Part shown: positions 35,816 to 55,963 of the stretch, piece after piece
How the letters are laid out: each line of letters starts with the position of its first letter
Numbering within the stretch: the stretch's first letter is position 1
Program-made: the position numbers and the translations under genes
NCBI GenBank assembly: GCA_964016885.1
Contig: OZ024753.1
Location: 41,788,001-41,852,000 of the forward strand
Direction of reading: 5' to 3'
Length of the DNA: 64,000 bases
Source of the DNA: Eledone cirrhosa
Lineage: Eukaryota
Notes under the pieces: generated by a model
Seen by the model: only the letters and a program-made list of their open reading frames with translations
The model's database searches: none
What the model was told of the DNA's origin: nothing

Positions 35816-38327
35816 TTGTAAATGTTACTCAACTGAACATTATGCAGAATTAGTGGGAGCCCTAATATACATCAGTTTCCCATAGCTGGTGCAGTCAGCT
35901 GTTGGGGTGCTATTCTATATGTTTTACTGTGTCTCCATCATGACAGTTCAACGAGCCTTAGAAATATTTGACAGTGCCCATCTTCGCTCCAAGTGTCCCA
36001 CCCCTCACTAAGTTTAGCATGCCACCATCTGGGTGTTGTTGAGAACCAGTGTACCTGTCCTTCACTAACATATAGAACACTAATAAAAAATATCAGTTTA
36101 ATTAACTATTTATGTATTATTCACATTTGTTAACATATTTGTTGTCTTCCACTTACTAATAAATGTCAGTGTGGCTGGACTGACATCTATATGGAGGTAA
36201 GTAGTTTATATTTTTAATTTGTGGAAAATAATATATATGTAAACGAAATGAATGGAAGTAATCTGTTTGGAAGACAGATATATGACATATTTTTTCACAA
36301 ACTATGAATCAGAAATAGGTTTAGCCAGAATTTGTTTACTAGTAAGAGTACATATATATGTTACAAAGTCAAATTATGTCCATTGCCAGGCTAAAGTAAT
36401 AGAAGGTGAAAAAAGCAATTTCAGGGCATATATTTCTCATAGAATCTTCTACAGCCAGGTTAACCTCAGTGAATACCAGGTTAGCAGGTGAAAGAGGCAG
36501 TTTTAAGGCATATGTTTCTCGTGTGATTGCCTATCGTCAGATAAAACGCGGTCATGGTTTGTTAGCAAACAAAAAAAAACAATTTTAAGGTTCTCCTACG
36601 CCCAGCTAAACCCTAGACAATGTGAGAGGATGAAAGAAGTAGTTTTAGGGTGTATATTTCCTTATGGCCAACTAAATCATGGCCAATGCCAGGTTAAAGG
36701 ATGAAAGTAACGGCTTTAGGGCGTGGTTTGCTTGTAGGCTTTTCTAGGGCCAGCTAAACCCTGGTCCTCTACAGCTAACTAAATCTTGGTCAATGCCAGG
36801 TCAGATGGTGAAATAAGCAGTTTAAGATCATAAACTTCTCGTAGGATCTCCTACGGCCAGTTAAGCCTCACCTGTCTCTCTCTTACTCCAGATAATGGAA
36901 CAGGGGACTTTGTTAAAGGCTGTCTCTGGAAGAAATCTGCTGTATACTTCTTTCTGTGTTGTTAGCAGCCAACACACTCAAGTGTAAAAGAAAAAAACTT
37001 TATTTCATGTTCCAGTACACTCAGTAGTTAGGGAGTACATCCTGCAATAGATCAGTACCCTATCAAGGGAGAGTCTTGTACTCTGAGACACTTAACAACA
37101 AGGAAACCCAATGATAAACTTCAAACTTTATATATATATATACTAATTTTTCAATTTACAGAAACATGTATATTAACTTACATATTAATTGTTCGGCATA
37201 TATCTACTAATAGTTTTTAAATTAATTTATATATAGAAACGGAATGAGAGTAAGGTAACACACAGAATATATTTTGAGGCGTGTTATCTAGCTTTCTTTC
37301 CGCTTCTATATTTTTTTTAAAAAACAAACAAAATTTTAGCTATAAATATGACTAATTTACAGAGTTTTATTGTGGCTTTTCGTGGCGACGCGCGTAGCGG
37401 GTCGGACTTCATTGTCTACTTATGTATGGCGTGGCCGTTCTATGTGTAGGGAGATCGAATCGCCGACTCGGTAGCCGGAACTGTTTGCAAATAATTATTT
37501 TTGCTTTCCCTTTATTTAGAGTTACCTCCGCTTTATGGAACTCTTCTCTTTTTTTTATTCACTTCCGGTTCTATGAAAAAAATTCATTTTGGATATTACT
37601 TTCCTCGTGTATGGAGGTATGTAATCTTTTCTTTGCTCTATACTCGAACTATCTTACATTTTATTAAATATACACATTTTATGTCAATAACTCTCACACT
37701 TTGGCTATTGTGTTCACGTGAAGAGGTATTTTATGTGGCTTTCTGGAACATCTTCACCCACTAGACACATGCTTTCTTTTAAATAAATAAATAAAAAACT
37801 ACACATACAAATAGTGTTACCTCTTCTAAGAAACTAAACTAAGTCATCTCGACACTATATACATACTTTCTGAGAAATATAACTCAAATTTCTCTCTATA
37901 AACATCTTTCTTTATTGAATACATAGTAAACCTTGTCAACACTAGCAGATATTCTTGAGACACAAAAATAGGTTTTACTATCTTCTCTTTTTGCTCTATA
38001 CTGTCTACTAAGAAAAATATAAACCTTCTCTATAAAGGAATATACCTTTCCTTCTAAGAAACCTCTATATACAGCTACATTTTTATTATCTTTATTTCTT
38101 TCACACCCAATGAAGCATGGCAGCTTCATTTCTCTTGTACGTAGAAAGAAACCTTTTGTTGTCCAACTAATTGCTACTGTGTGATTTGGATCAACGTGAA
38201 ATAAAGTGTCTTGCTCAAGAACACAACGCAAAGTCCGGTCTGAGAATCGAACTCACGATTGCAAAGCCCGACGACTTAAGTTTTGAACGAATTTTTTTTA
38301 GATATCATCATCGTAATCAAAGATTAA

Positions 38328-39957
38328 CTGTTGATCAGTGTTAACTAGATCGATATCACATTAGCCCACGTAACATAGAACCATTTACGTTCTTAGTTTC
38401 TTCTTACGGTTCTTTGTTCCTTTTCAACACTTAACTGTTACTTAGTGTTAACTAGATCGATATCTCTTTAACCCACGTAACATAGAACCATTTACATTCT
38501 TAGTTTCTTCTTACGGTTCTTTGTTCCTTTTCAACTGTTGATCAGTGTTAACTAGATCGATATCTCTTTAACCCACGTAACATAGAACCATTTACATTCT
38601 TAGTTTCTTCTTACGGTTCTTTGTTCCTTTTCAACTGTTGATCAGTGTTAGCTAGATCGATATCTCTTTAACCCACGTAACATAGAACCATTTACATTCT
38701 TAGTTTCTTCTTACGGTTCTTTGTTCCTTTTCAACTGTTGATCAGTGTTAGCTAGATCGATATCTCTTTAACCCACGTAACATAGAACCATTTACATTCT
38801 TAGTTTCTTCTTATGGTTCTTTGTTCCTTTTCAACTGTTGATCAGTGTTAACTAGATCGATATCTCTTTAACCCACGTAACATAGAACCATTTACATTCT
38901 TTGTTCCTTTTCAACTGTTGATCAGTGTTAGCTAGATCGATATCTCTTTAACCCACGTAACATAGAACCATTTACATTCTTAGTTTCTTCTTACGGTTCT
39001 TTGTTCCTTTTCAACTGTTGATCAGTGTTAGCTAGATCGATATCTCTTTAACCCACGTAACATAGAACCATTTACATTCTTAGTTTCTTCTTACGGTTCT
39101 TTGTTCCTTTTCAACACTTAACTGTTACTTAGTGTTAACTAGATCGATATCTCTTTAACCCACGTAACATAGAACCATTTACATTCTTAGTTTCTTCTTA
39201 CGGTTCTTTGTTCCTTTTCAACTGTTGATCAGTGTTAACTAGATCGATATCTCTTTAACCCACGTAACATAGAACCATTTACATTCTTAGTTTCTTCTTA
39301 CGGTTCTTTGTTCCTTTTCAACTGTTGATCAGTGTTAGCTAGATCGATATCTCTTTAACCCACGTAACATAGAACCATTTACATTCTTAGTTTCTTCTTA
39401 CGGTTCTTTGTTCCTTTTCAACTGTTGATCAGTGTTAGCTAGATCGATATCTCTTTAACCCACGTAACATAGAACCATTTACATTCTTAGTTTCTTCTTA
39501 CGGTTCTTTGTTCCTTTTCAACTGTTGATCAGTGTTAACTAGATCGATATCTCTTTAACCCACGTAACATAGAACCATTTACATTCTTTGTTCCTTTTCA
39601 ACTGTTGATCAGTGTTAGCTAGATCGATATCTCTTTAACCCACGTAACATAGAACCATTTACATTCTTAGTTTCTTCTTACGGTTCTTTGTTCCTTTTCA
39701 ACTGTTGATCAGTGTTAGCTAGATCGATATCTCTTTAACCCACGTAACATAGAACCATTTACATTCTTAGTTTCTTCTTACGGTTCTTTGTTCCTTTTCA
39801 ACTGTTGATCAGTGTTAACTAGATCGATATCTCTTTAACCCACGTAACATAGAACCATTTACATTCTTTGTTCCTTTTCAACTGTTGATCAGTGTTAACT
39901 AGATCGATATCTCTTTAACCCACGTAACATAGAACCATTTACATTCTTAGTTTCTTC
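38328..39957. repeat. 100-bp tandem repeat (with 80- and about 108-bp variants), about 16 copies; resumes at 40305-40450
   Basis: ACTGTTGATCAGTGTTA(A/G)CTAGATCGATATCTCTTTAACCCACGTAACATAGAACC... with period 100. Confidence 0.95.
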
Positions 39958-40300
39958 TGTGGCTTTCGAGACGTTTGGGGGAGTCGGGCTGCCCGACTGC
40001 GAGGTTCCTCTCTTCACTGGCGAATCTCGCGAGGGCGCTTGGCTGTTTCAGCGCATCAGCCGAGGCAACGCTACGAGTGTGCTGGCTTGCCTCAAAAATC
40101 ATTAGATAGGTTGCGCAGTACTCCTCGCGACACTGCTGTCTTCTGCTCTGGTGTTCGCTCGGTTGTTCACCCCTTCCTTTATATTTTCTTTAATATTGTA
40201 ACATTAAAAGAATATATCTTTCTGAAAGAATCGCGAGCTATTTATAATGTTATCGAAGTATTTGTAATGTTATTTATGTATATATTTAAAACATATTTGT
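39958..40300 (+). mobile_element. CRE-clade 3' remnant inserted in the 100-bp satellite
   Basis: VAFETFGGVG...TGESREGAWLFQRIS..RGNATSVLA motifs. Confidence 0.7.
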
Positions 40301-41973
40301 TATGTTTCTTTGTTCCTTTTCAACACTTAACTGTTAATTGGTGTTAACTAGATCGATATCACTTTAACCCACGTAACATAGAACCATTTATATTCTTAGT
40401 TTCTTCTTACGAAAGTTCATTTACTTTCTTTGTTCCTTTTCAACACTTCATTTACATTCTTAGTTTCTTGTTTCGTCATTGTCATTCCTAAAAAACAACA
40501 TTCTTAGTTGTTGCTGTTATTTTTTTGCTAGATATCATCATCGTAATCAAATATTAACCGGATCAATATCGCTTTAACTGTTAATCTACGTAACCAATAA
40601 CCATTTACATTCTTATTTCCTTTCTTTCTTTAAGAAACTTCATATACATTCTTAGTTTCCTCTATTTAAATATATATATAAGAAAAGACAAAATCGGGTG
40701 AATTTTATAAAGTTTAATATTCTTTTTATTGATAACGTATGTAAATAAATGACTTTCATTTCTTTTTACAGATGTCCAGCCTTCATATGCTGTGTTGTTT
40801 GCCGTAACAAGTGGGAATGGCGTAGTTTCTGTTAATAAAGGAAAAATTACATATTATATACAGTTTATTTTGCCAAAAATGAATAAAGAAAGTTTATCTC
40901 TTATATACGAATTGTGTTCAGTTTATTTTGACAAAAATGAATAAAGAAATCAAGAGCCTACAAGAAACTGAGTAAGACGTACTCTAAAGAACGTAAGTGT
41001 ATATGAAGTTTCTAAATAAAGAAGCTAAGAATGTTTTTGAAAATGTCGAAAAAAAAATTTATGAAACGGGACGCCATTTTGTTTTTTTTTTTATTTCTCC
41101 ACTTTAGAGACATCAGATACTCATGCATGGTTAAGAGCCTGGATCGAGGAACTGATGCCGCTAAAGTGGAGAAATAAAAAAAAAATTAACGGGGGTCCCC
41201 CCTCTGAGATTGAGTGGGAAAAAAATGCTGAAGAGTAGCTTCCCTTTACTTTTTACAAAAAGAAGTAATTAGAAGCCATTTATTAGGCTAATTTTTTTCA
41301 TTGTCAAAGTAACAACATAAGTCGTATACAATAGGTAGAAATTTTAATATAGTTTTTTTCAAAATATACTGAACACAACTCGTAAATAATGTGTAAGGAT
41401 TTTTTTATTAAAATCTTTTTTCATACATTTCGTAAATAATATGTAAAAATTTTTTTATTTATTAACAGACACGTTCAGAAAACTTCGACTTGTAAAAACA
41501 TTCCCTCAGTGGTTACGGCAAACAACACAGCATATGACCGAGAAGGCTGGACATCTGTAAGAAAAATGAAATAAGAAAAACTATGAAAATCATTTATATG
41601 TTGTCAATAAAAAATTTTAAACTTATACATTGTCAATTAAACAAGGGTGTGCGGACTAATTACATTCTTCTTTATACACTTCATCTGCATTCTTTCTTTC
41701 TTTACATCTTATATACTAATTGTATTCAGTTTATTTTGTCAAAAATGAATAAAGAAAGTTTACATCTTATATACGAATTGTATTCAGTTTATTTTGTCAA
41801 AAATGAATAAAGAAAGTTTACATCTTATATACGAATTGTATTCAGTTTATTTTGCCAAAAATGAATAAAGAAAGTTTACATCTTATATACGAATTGTGTT
41901 CAGTTTATTTTGACAAAAAATGAATAAAGAAATCAAGAGTCTACAAGAAACTGAGTAAGACGTACTATAAAGA

Positions 41974-42857
41974 ACACTGATATCAAGAAGTCCTCTTGTG
42001 AACGTGACCTGGGCATTACTGTCAGCAGCGATTTGCGTTGGATAAAGCATGTCTCTGAGATTGTCAAGAAGGCCCCGAGGGTGTCTTGTCATCACTCAGC
42101 AAGACCTTTGTTAGCCATCTATTTAAAACTATACAGCTATGGTACGACCACACTTGGAATGCGCATCATCAGTCTGGAACCCCTATCTTGCTCAGAACAT
42201 TGACCTCTTGGAAACTGTTCAGAGACGTGCAACCAAGCGCATACCCTCCATCAGACACCTACCATACTCTGAACGCCTTGCTTCCCTGGGCATAGATTCA
42301 TTGAAGCTCCGACGTCTGGCAATGTACTTGGTAAATACCCACAAAGTTATTAACCATCTCGCCAATTGCAACCCTGAGCACCTTTTTGATCTCCATGTGT
42401 CTAACACACATGGACATGCCTACAAAATCAGAAAACAGCACAGCTCCCATGACTTTCGTAGACATTTTTTCACGCTCAGAGTTGCTGAAGCATGGAACAA
42501 ACTGCCTGCATCAGTTGTTAGCTGCCGAGACACTGCATCCTTTAAGACACTCATGCTTCCCGAAATATGCCAAAACTACACCTGATGTACCCCTTCCATA
42601 CCCACGTGTGTATCATGACTCGTGCACTGTTCATTTTCCTGATGTTTGTGCATTGCCCTATATACTGAAATGCACTTTTTGATGAGTTGTGGTGCACCTG
42701 GGCACTGTACACAATATTTATTATTATTATTATTATATCATGACTCATACACTGTTCATTTTCCTGACATTTGTACATTATTCTATGTACTATACATGCA
42801 CCTTTGATGAGTTGTAGTGCACCTGAGCACTACACAATAATTTCATTATTATTATTA
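41974..42857 (+). mobile_element. 5'-truncated copy of the same CR1-like LINE
   Basis: ORF 42139-42585 is nearly identical to 24097-24609; 3' UTR and (TTA)n tail present. Confidence 0.93.
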
Positions 42858-44087
42858 TAAATAAAAAAGCTAAGAATGTTTTTGAAAATGTCGAAAAAAT
42901 AAAGGGAGGTAATTAGAATTTTATTACGAATGTGTGTATATGCTGAATCTCCCAGCGTACACATGCTGTGTATATATATATACAGGCGTAAATATATGAG
43001 TATATATATACTTATGCACATACATACGTGTGTATGTATATATTGAGGGCAGCAGGGATACAACGTATAGATGTGTCAAAACTGCAAAGTTTAGAAATGC
43101 ACTTGACATTGATGTCTTAAGACACTTCATCATTCTTTAGAGACTTGATATACAATCTTAGTTTCTCTCTTCAGAAACGTTTAAATAATTATTTAAACAG
43201 AGTTACCCGAGGTACGCATATACAAAAAACGAACGAGATATTTACACCCTCTAAACAGGCACTGATCATGGTTTAGCTGGCTGTAGAGGATCCCACGAGA
43301 AGTATACGGCCTTAAACTGCTTATTTCACCATCTAACCAAGGTTTAGCTGGCCGTAGAGGATCGTACGAGATGTTCACGCTCTTAAACTGCTTCAATCGC
43401 CCTCTCACCTGGAATTCACAAACTGTAGAGGAGGGTGGTTTTAGTGACCAGGGTTTAGCTGGCTGTAGAGGATGTTTACGCCCTCTAAGTAGGCACTGAT
43501 TATGGTTTAGCTGGCCGTAGAGGATCGTACGAGATGTTTACGCCTTTAAAGTGCTCATGTCCCTATCCAACCTGGCATTGACCAAGAGGATCCTACGAGA
43601 AGTAGCTGGCCGTAGAGGTTCCCACGAGAAATATACGTCCTTAAACTGCTTCAATCACCCTCTCACCTGGAATTGACCAACTATGGAGGAGGGTGGTTTT
43701 GGTGTGCCATGAGGGTATACTTCAATGGTTCTAACTGCGTACTAGGAGTGGCAGATTGACAATCAACTGCACACACATGTAAAGTGGAACAGACATAAGC
43801 AATGACAACATCATATCTGTTTGTTCCCCTGGATTGCTTTGGAAACGTAACCTTCTGGCATAAGATAATATAGCATGATTAATCTATCACGTAACAATAA
43901 GCACCATTGAAATACAACACCACGTGGAGATGTTGCAGTAGCTAAACAAAACTATCGTTTCAATAATTATTGCTGACGTTTATGGAAGGAAATAAACATA
44001 AAACTTTACTTTACCTCTTTATAAATAGTAAAATCCAAGTTTTTAACGTTTTTCATTCGGGCTGGAAAAAAAGAAGAAATTGCACCA

Positions 44088-44165
44088 GCGGCCATTTTGT
44101 TTTTGTGAAACAGAATTAGGCCAATTACACATGCGCAAAAAAGTAGACATCAGTGCGCATGCGCA
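44088..44165 (-). promoter_or_regulatory. Promoter-like segment: NRF1-type palindrome and YY1-type motif
   Basis: TGCGCATGCGCA (44154-44165) and AAAATGGCCGC on the - strand (44088-44098), upstream of a GAG|GTAAAGT donor-like site at 44015/44014. A diverged paralog lies at 22815-22960(+). Confidence 0.45.
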
Positions 44166-44338
44166 AAGTATTTAAAGCCATTGCGACTTCACGATCGTGA
44201 GTTCGAATCTTTTTAGATTGTATACTTCCCATTTTATACATAGTATATTTTTATTAATAATAAATAATTACTATATATTTATTAATACATACATATATAT
44301 TATAAATAATGTATATATATATTATAAATATGTATATA

Positions 44339-44371
<33 letters not shown>

Positions 44372-44509
44372 ACGAAGGAAATATGGTAATGAACCAGGTG
44401 GACCATAACGCACCAAAGTACTCAATACTTGGGGTAGTAGAGTGGGTAATAGGAACCAGTAAGACCCCGATGGCTGAGCTCAAGCCGTTTCGACGGCTAA
44501 TTCTGGACT

Positions 44510-44544
<35 letters not shown>

Positions 44545-44631
44545 GTTACGTTATTCCGGATTGAATCGTAGGTAACCACAGTAAGTAAGGTACTCAATAC
44601 ATTGCAGAGTATAAAAGTTTTAATATAGATG

Positions 44632-44682
44632 AGATTCTACAGGACTAGAACTGTTTCATTCTTTAGAAATCATCAGGAATCT
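44632..44682 (-). ncRNA. Type I hammerhead ribozyme motif
   Basis: AGATTC-CTGATGA-T TTCT AA AGAA T-GAA-ACAG TTCTAGTC CTGT-A-GAATCT: stem I 6 bp, intact core, stem III 4 bp, GUA cleavage triplet. Confidence 0.75.
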
Positions 44683-45134
44683 GGGTATCAAAAAATAAAC
44701 ACTGCCCGAACTGCATGCACAAGAACTTTGGAACTTTCAAATACCTTAAGCCAGTGTTAAAGCCCGATGGCTAAAAACGACCTCTTCCGTTTAGCCCCTC
44801 TACCTCCATCCCAGCCTATCTCCACCCCTCCTCAACCTGAAATACGGCCACTATGGTTATGTGAGTACCTCTTACCTATTTGCATTTTCTGCCTGTAGAG
44901 CTGTTTTTATGTGCCCTGCTCTCTTCAAAATTCAAGAAGTCTTTGGACAAATTCCTCCAAGTAATCCCGGACAAACCACCCACACCCGGATATGTCTCCG
45001 CAAACAGTAATTCTCTTCTCGAATGGGCCATGGTGCCCAAATCCTGAATTGAAAGACTTCGCCAGGTGGTGCTATTAAGTTAGACATGGCCTGGGCCAAT
45101 ACTGGCCAAAACATTTCAAAGTTATTCAAAGTTA

Positions 45135-47416
<2,282 letters not shown>

Positions 47417-47791
47417 AGTATTTTCCGTTGTGTTGTAATATAAATATTACACACAGTAGATTATCAGCTCACGTAGAGTTTGCTCGACGGTTCCAGTTGT
47501 AGTTCCAAAAGTAATCCGGAGAAAAATAGAAAGATTTGAATGGATACTGTTTACTCCTTCAACTGTTCTTCTAACAACTTCACCCCCTCCCTCCTAATAT
47601 TCTCTATAAAAACTAAATAGGTCCTCAGTAATATTATTCTGATGAAATGACAGTAAATAATAACATTGAAATATTGAATGTCTGCATAACTAAAAGTTTG
47701 TAGATAGCAGCTGTTTTAGGTTATGTAACTGTTATAGAAACACGTGTCAATAAATTCCTTTCAACTAAACTGTATCCATTCAAATCTTTCT

Positions 47792-52901
<5,110 letters not shown>

Positions 52902-53109
52902 CAACAAGATCCAAGACTTCATTTGTTTAACGAGTTGGGTAGAGCTCGTCAAATTGGACCGAGGAAACAATACTCTTTCCAATTGCTAATACTATCTGTC
53001 GATCGCAAATCCAGACAAGGAGCAACATGAAATAAAGTGTGTCCCAAGATGAATTGGCGACAGACAATCGACAGAGACCTGAAACCCGTCAACAAAATAG
53101 AAGTTGGAA

Positions 53110-54464
53110 CGATGGCTCTGTTCTTAACCTTCTCCTGTTCATCATAGTCAGGCAATAACGGAGGAGTTTAAGACCGGATGCCCATGGGAACTCCTGTATG
53201 CTGATGACTTCGCACTTATAGCTGAATCTATGGTAGAACTAGAGAAGAAATTCCAAACGTGGAAGCAGGGACTAGAAAGAAAGGGTCTCAAAGTCAACAT
53301 GACAAAGACTAAGGTCCTTGTAAGTAGACGAGAAAACAGAACCCAGATTCCCTCAGGGAAACGGCCTTGCTTAGTATGTAGGAAAGGTGTAGGTAGGAAC
53401 TCCATTCTCTGCCCCAAATGCAAACAATGGGTACACAAGAGATGTAGCGGTATCTCAGGAAGCTTAATTAAGAATGTAGGCTTCACATGCAGCAGCTGTA
53501 CTGGGACAGCAAGCAGCAAACAGCCACAGGAAATAAGTACCACCAATCTCTGGGAGGGCTCTGTAGAGACAGTAGTCAGCTTCTGCTACCTAATTGACCG
53601 AATTAGCAGTGGAGGTGGGTGTTCAAAAAGTACAATAACTAGGGTAAGAACGGGATGGAAGAAGTTCAGGGAACTACTACCACTGCTAGCTGCAAAAGGC
53701 TTCTCCCTCAAAATGAAAGGTAGACTGTATGATGCGTGTATCCGAACAGCAATGTTACATGGTAGTGAGACCTGGGCGCTGAAGGTGGAAGACTTACGTA
53801 GATTAGAGAGAAACGAAGCCTGCATGCTCCGATGGATGTGTAATAGTAATATACGCAAACGACAAAGCATAAATGAATTGAGAGAGAGACTGAGCATAAG
53901 AGGAATCAAATGCTGTGTGCAGAAGAGGCGGATGCGTTGGCATGGACATGTGATGCGTATGAAGGATGACAGCTGCATAAAAAGGTGCAGAGCACTAGAA
54001 GTCGATGGAAACCGCGGAGTGGGGAGACCCAAGATGACCTGGGATGAGGTGATAAAAGCCGACCTTACCCAATTACACCTCTCAAAGGCGATGACACACG
54101 ACCGTGACCTCTGGCGTTACACAGTAATACAGAGTACCCGACCTCCCATGGGTACAAGCTGAAGCATATAGACAATATGCCCCCACACCTTCCCACTGCA
54201 AGGTGGTCATGGAGGTGCCACGGCAAAAAAGCACCCAGCCCACACTGTAAAGTGGACGTGTAGGCGCCACGAAAAAGCACCCAGCACTCACTGTAAATGA
54301 GGTTGGTGTTAGGAAGGGCATCCAGCTGTAGAAATCAAGCCAAATCAGTTCCCGTATGAGCAAGGCATGGTCAGCCGACCAGACACTGCCCACAACAGGA
54401 CAACCCGTCTAACCCATGCTAGCGTGGAAGAACGGACGTAAAATGGTGATGATGATGATGATGA
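53110..54464 (+). mobile_element. 5'-truncated RTE-like LINE (RT C-half with PHD insertion, 3' UTR, (GAT)n tail)
   Basis: GSVLNLLLFII, WELLYADD (53197), KTKV, HGSETW, RRMRWHGHVMR, GRPKMTW; ends GATGATGATG. Confidence 0.92.
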
Positions 54465-55900
54465 CCTTAGTGGTTGCTGGAGCACTTTGGTTGCCTCATG
54501 TGTCTCAAAACGTGGCAGCTTCTGGCATCATTACAAGACATGAAGTGTTCTCATACATGACTTTAATTGCTTTCGCGATCTGATGGGGTACATCATTAAC
54601 AAAACCTGTTAAGAAAACAAACGTTTGAACGATGTATTGATAGATGCAAAAGACCGTAGTGGACATTGGAGTAATTTGGTTGCCTCTGTGTCAAAGACGT
54701 GAGAGTTTCTAAGTCTCAAGACATGATAATCAGGTCCTGTAATGGTACCGCCCCCTCCCAAGAATGTAGATGAAAAGTTGGAACGATGCATTTATAGATG
54801 CAACTGACCATGGTGAACATTGGAACACTTTGATTGCCTCATGTGTCTCAAGACGTGGCAGTGTTACGTCTAAGTCTAATCTATCTGTATGTCATTATCT
54901 ATCTGTATTTCATTAGCAAGCAATATTGTCACCAATTTGAAAACTTGATTGAAATTAATTATCTGCAATTCAAACAAAACACAATATATTCATGGTCAGA
55001 TATCAACAAGTATTTTTTATTTTCAAATTTAACAAACAATGGACTTTGAATGTGACAAAAGATTTACATTAAATAGAAAACTAATTCCATCAATATAATT
55101 ATTGCTAATTATCTAGATAATTACTGGAAAAAGTAATATTCACTTTTTACATTTCATTTTACCATAAACAATAAAATAAAGAAAGAAATCATGTAAGGTT
55201 TATATTTTTGTTTGACAGAAAATTATTTGAATGAAAAATAGAATTTGTGTTGAAAAAAAAAACGAAAAGTTTACGCAGAATCAAAAAGGAAATTATATAT
55301 ACATATATATACATATATATATATCAAGGGCGGTGCCCCAGCATGGCCTCAGCCAGATGGCTGAAACAGGTAAAAGAGTAAAAGAGTATATATATGTATA
55401 TACACACACATATATAATCATGGTGCCCAGCATGGCCTCAGCTTGTCGGCTGGAACGCGTGATAGAGTAATATATGTATATTTGCTTATAACTTGTGCAC
55501 ACAACAGACAACGTTTGCATATTATGTAAGCTCTGTCAGGTTATGAAACCATTGGTAGCCAATGATGTTATATTGTGCAGTACAAGTTATAAATAAACAT
55601 TATTAGCTCTACTGCTGGATACAGAGCACTCTCTCCTCTTATTGATCATTAGGTCATACATACGTAGTCACACTCACACGTGTATACATATTTATATATA
55701 CACACACATTTTTTTTCTGATTCAACCAATTTCCAAAACAATGAAGACTAACAATAGATATGTATAATGTCCAGAATTAATCAGACTGACTTGATATAAT
55801 GTAAAATAATAATAATGGTTTCAATAATAAATGCCATTTTATCTGACTAGTGATTATAATTAACGGAATGCTTTTGAAAAGTCAATTGAAAAAAAGGTAA

Positions 55901-55963
55901 TTAATTCAAGAATCTGCGATTAACATTCTTCCCAAAAAGTATTTCTCTCAGCTGAGGCAACAT
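55901..55963 (-). CDS. ATP6V1E1: ATP6V1E terminal exon (MLPQLREILFGKNVNRRFLN*)
   Basis: ttccAG acceptor; TAA at 55901-55903. Confidence 0.95.
   Translation of the reverse strand: MLPQLREILFGKNVNRRFLN

Noticed and set aside
37425-37465. TGGCCGTTCT resembling 18S rRNA; ATACTTA near 28714(-) resembling the U1 5' end
   Set aside because: Matches are too short and the flanks do not follow rRNA or U1 sequence.
44690-45130. Possible Penelope GIY-YIG coding remnant next to the hammerhead
   Set aside because: Only a PSGFN-like motif was seen; no convincing reading frame.
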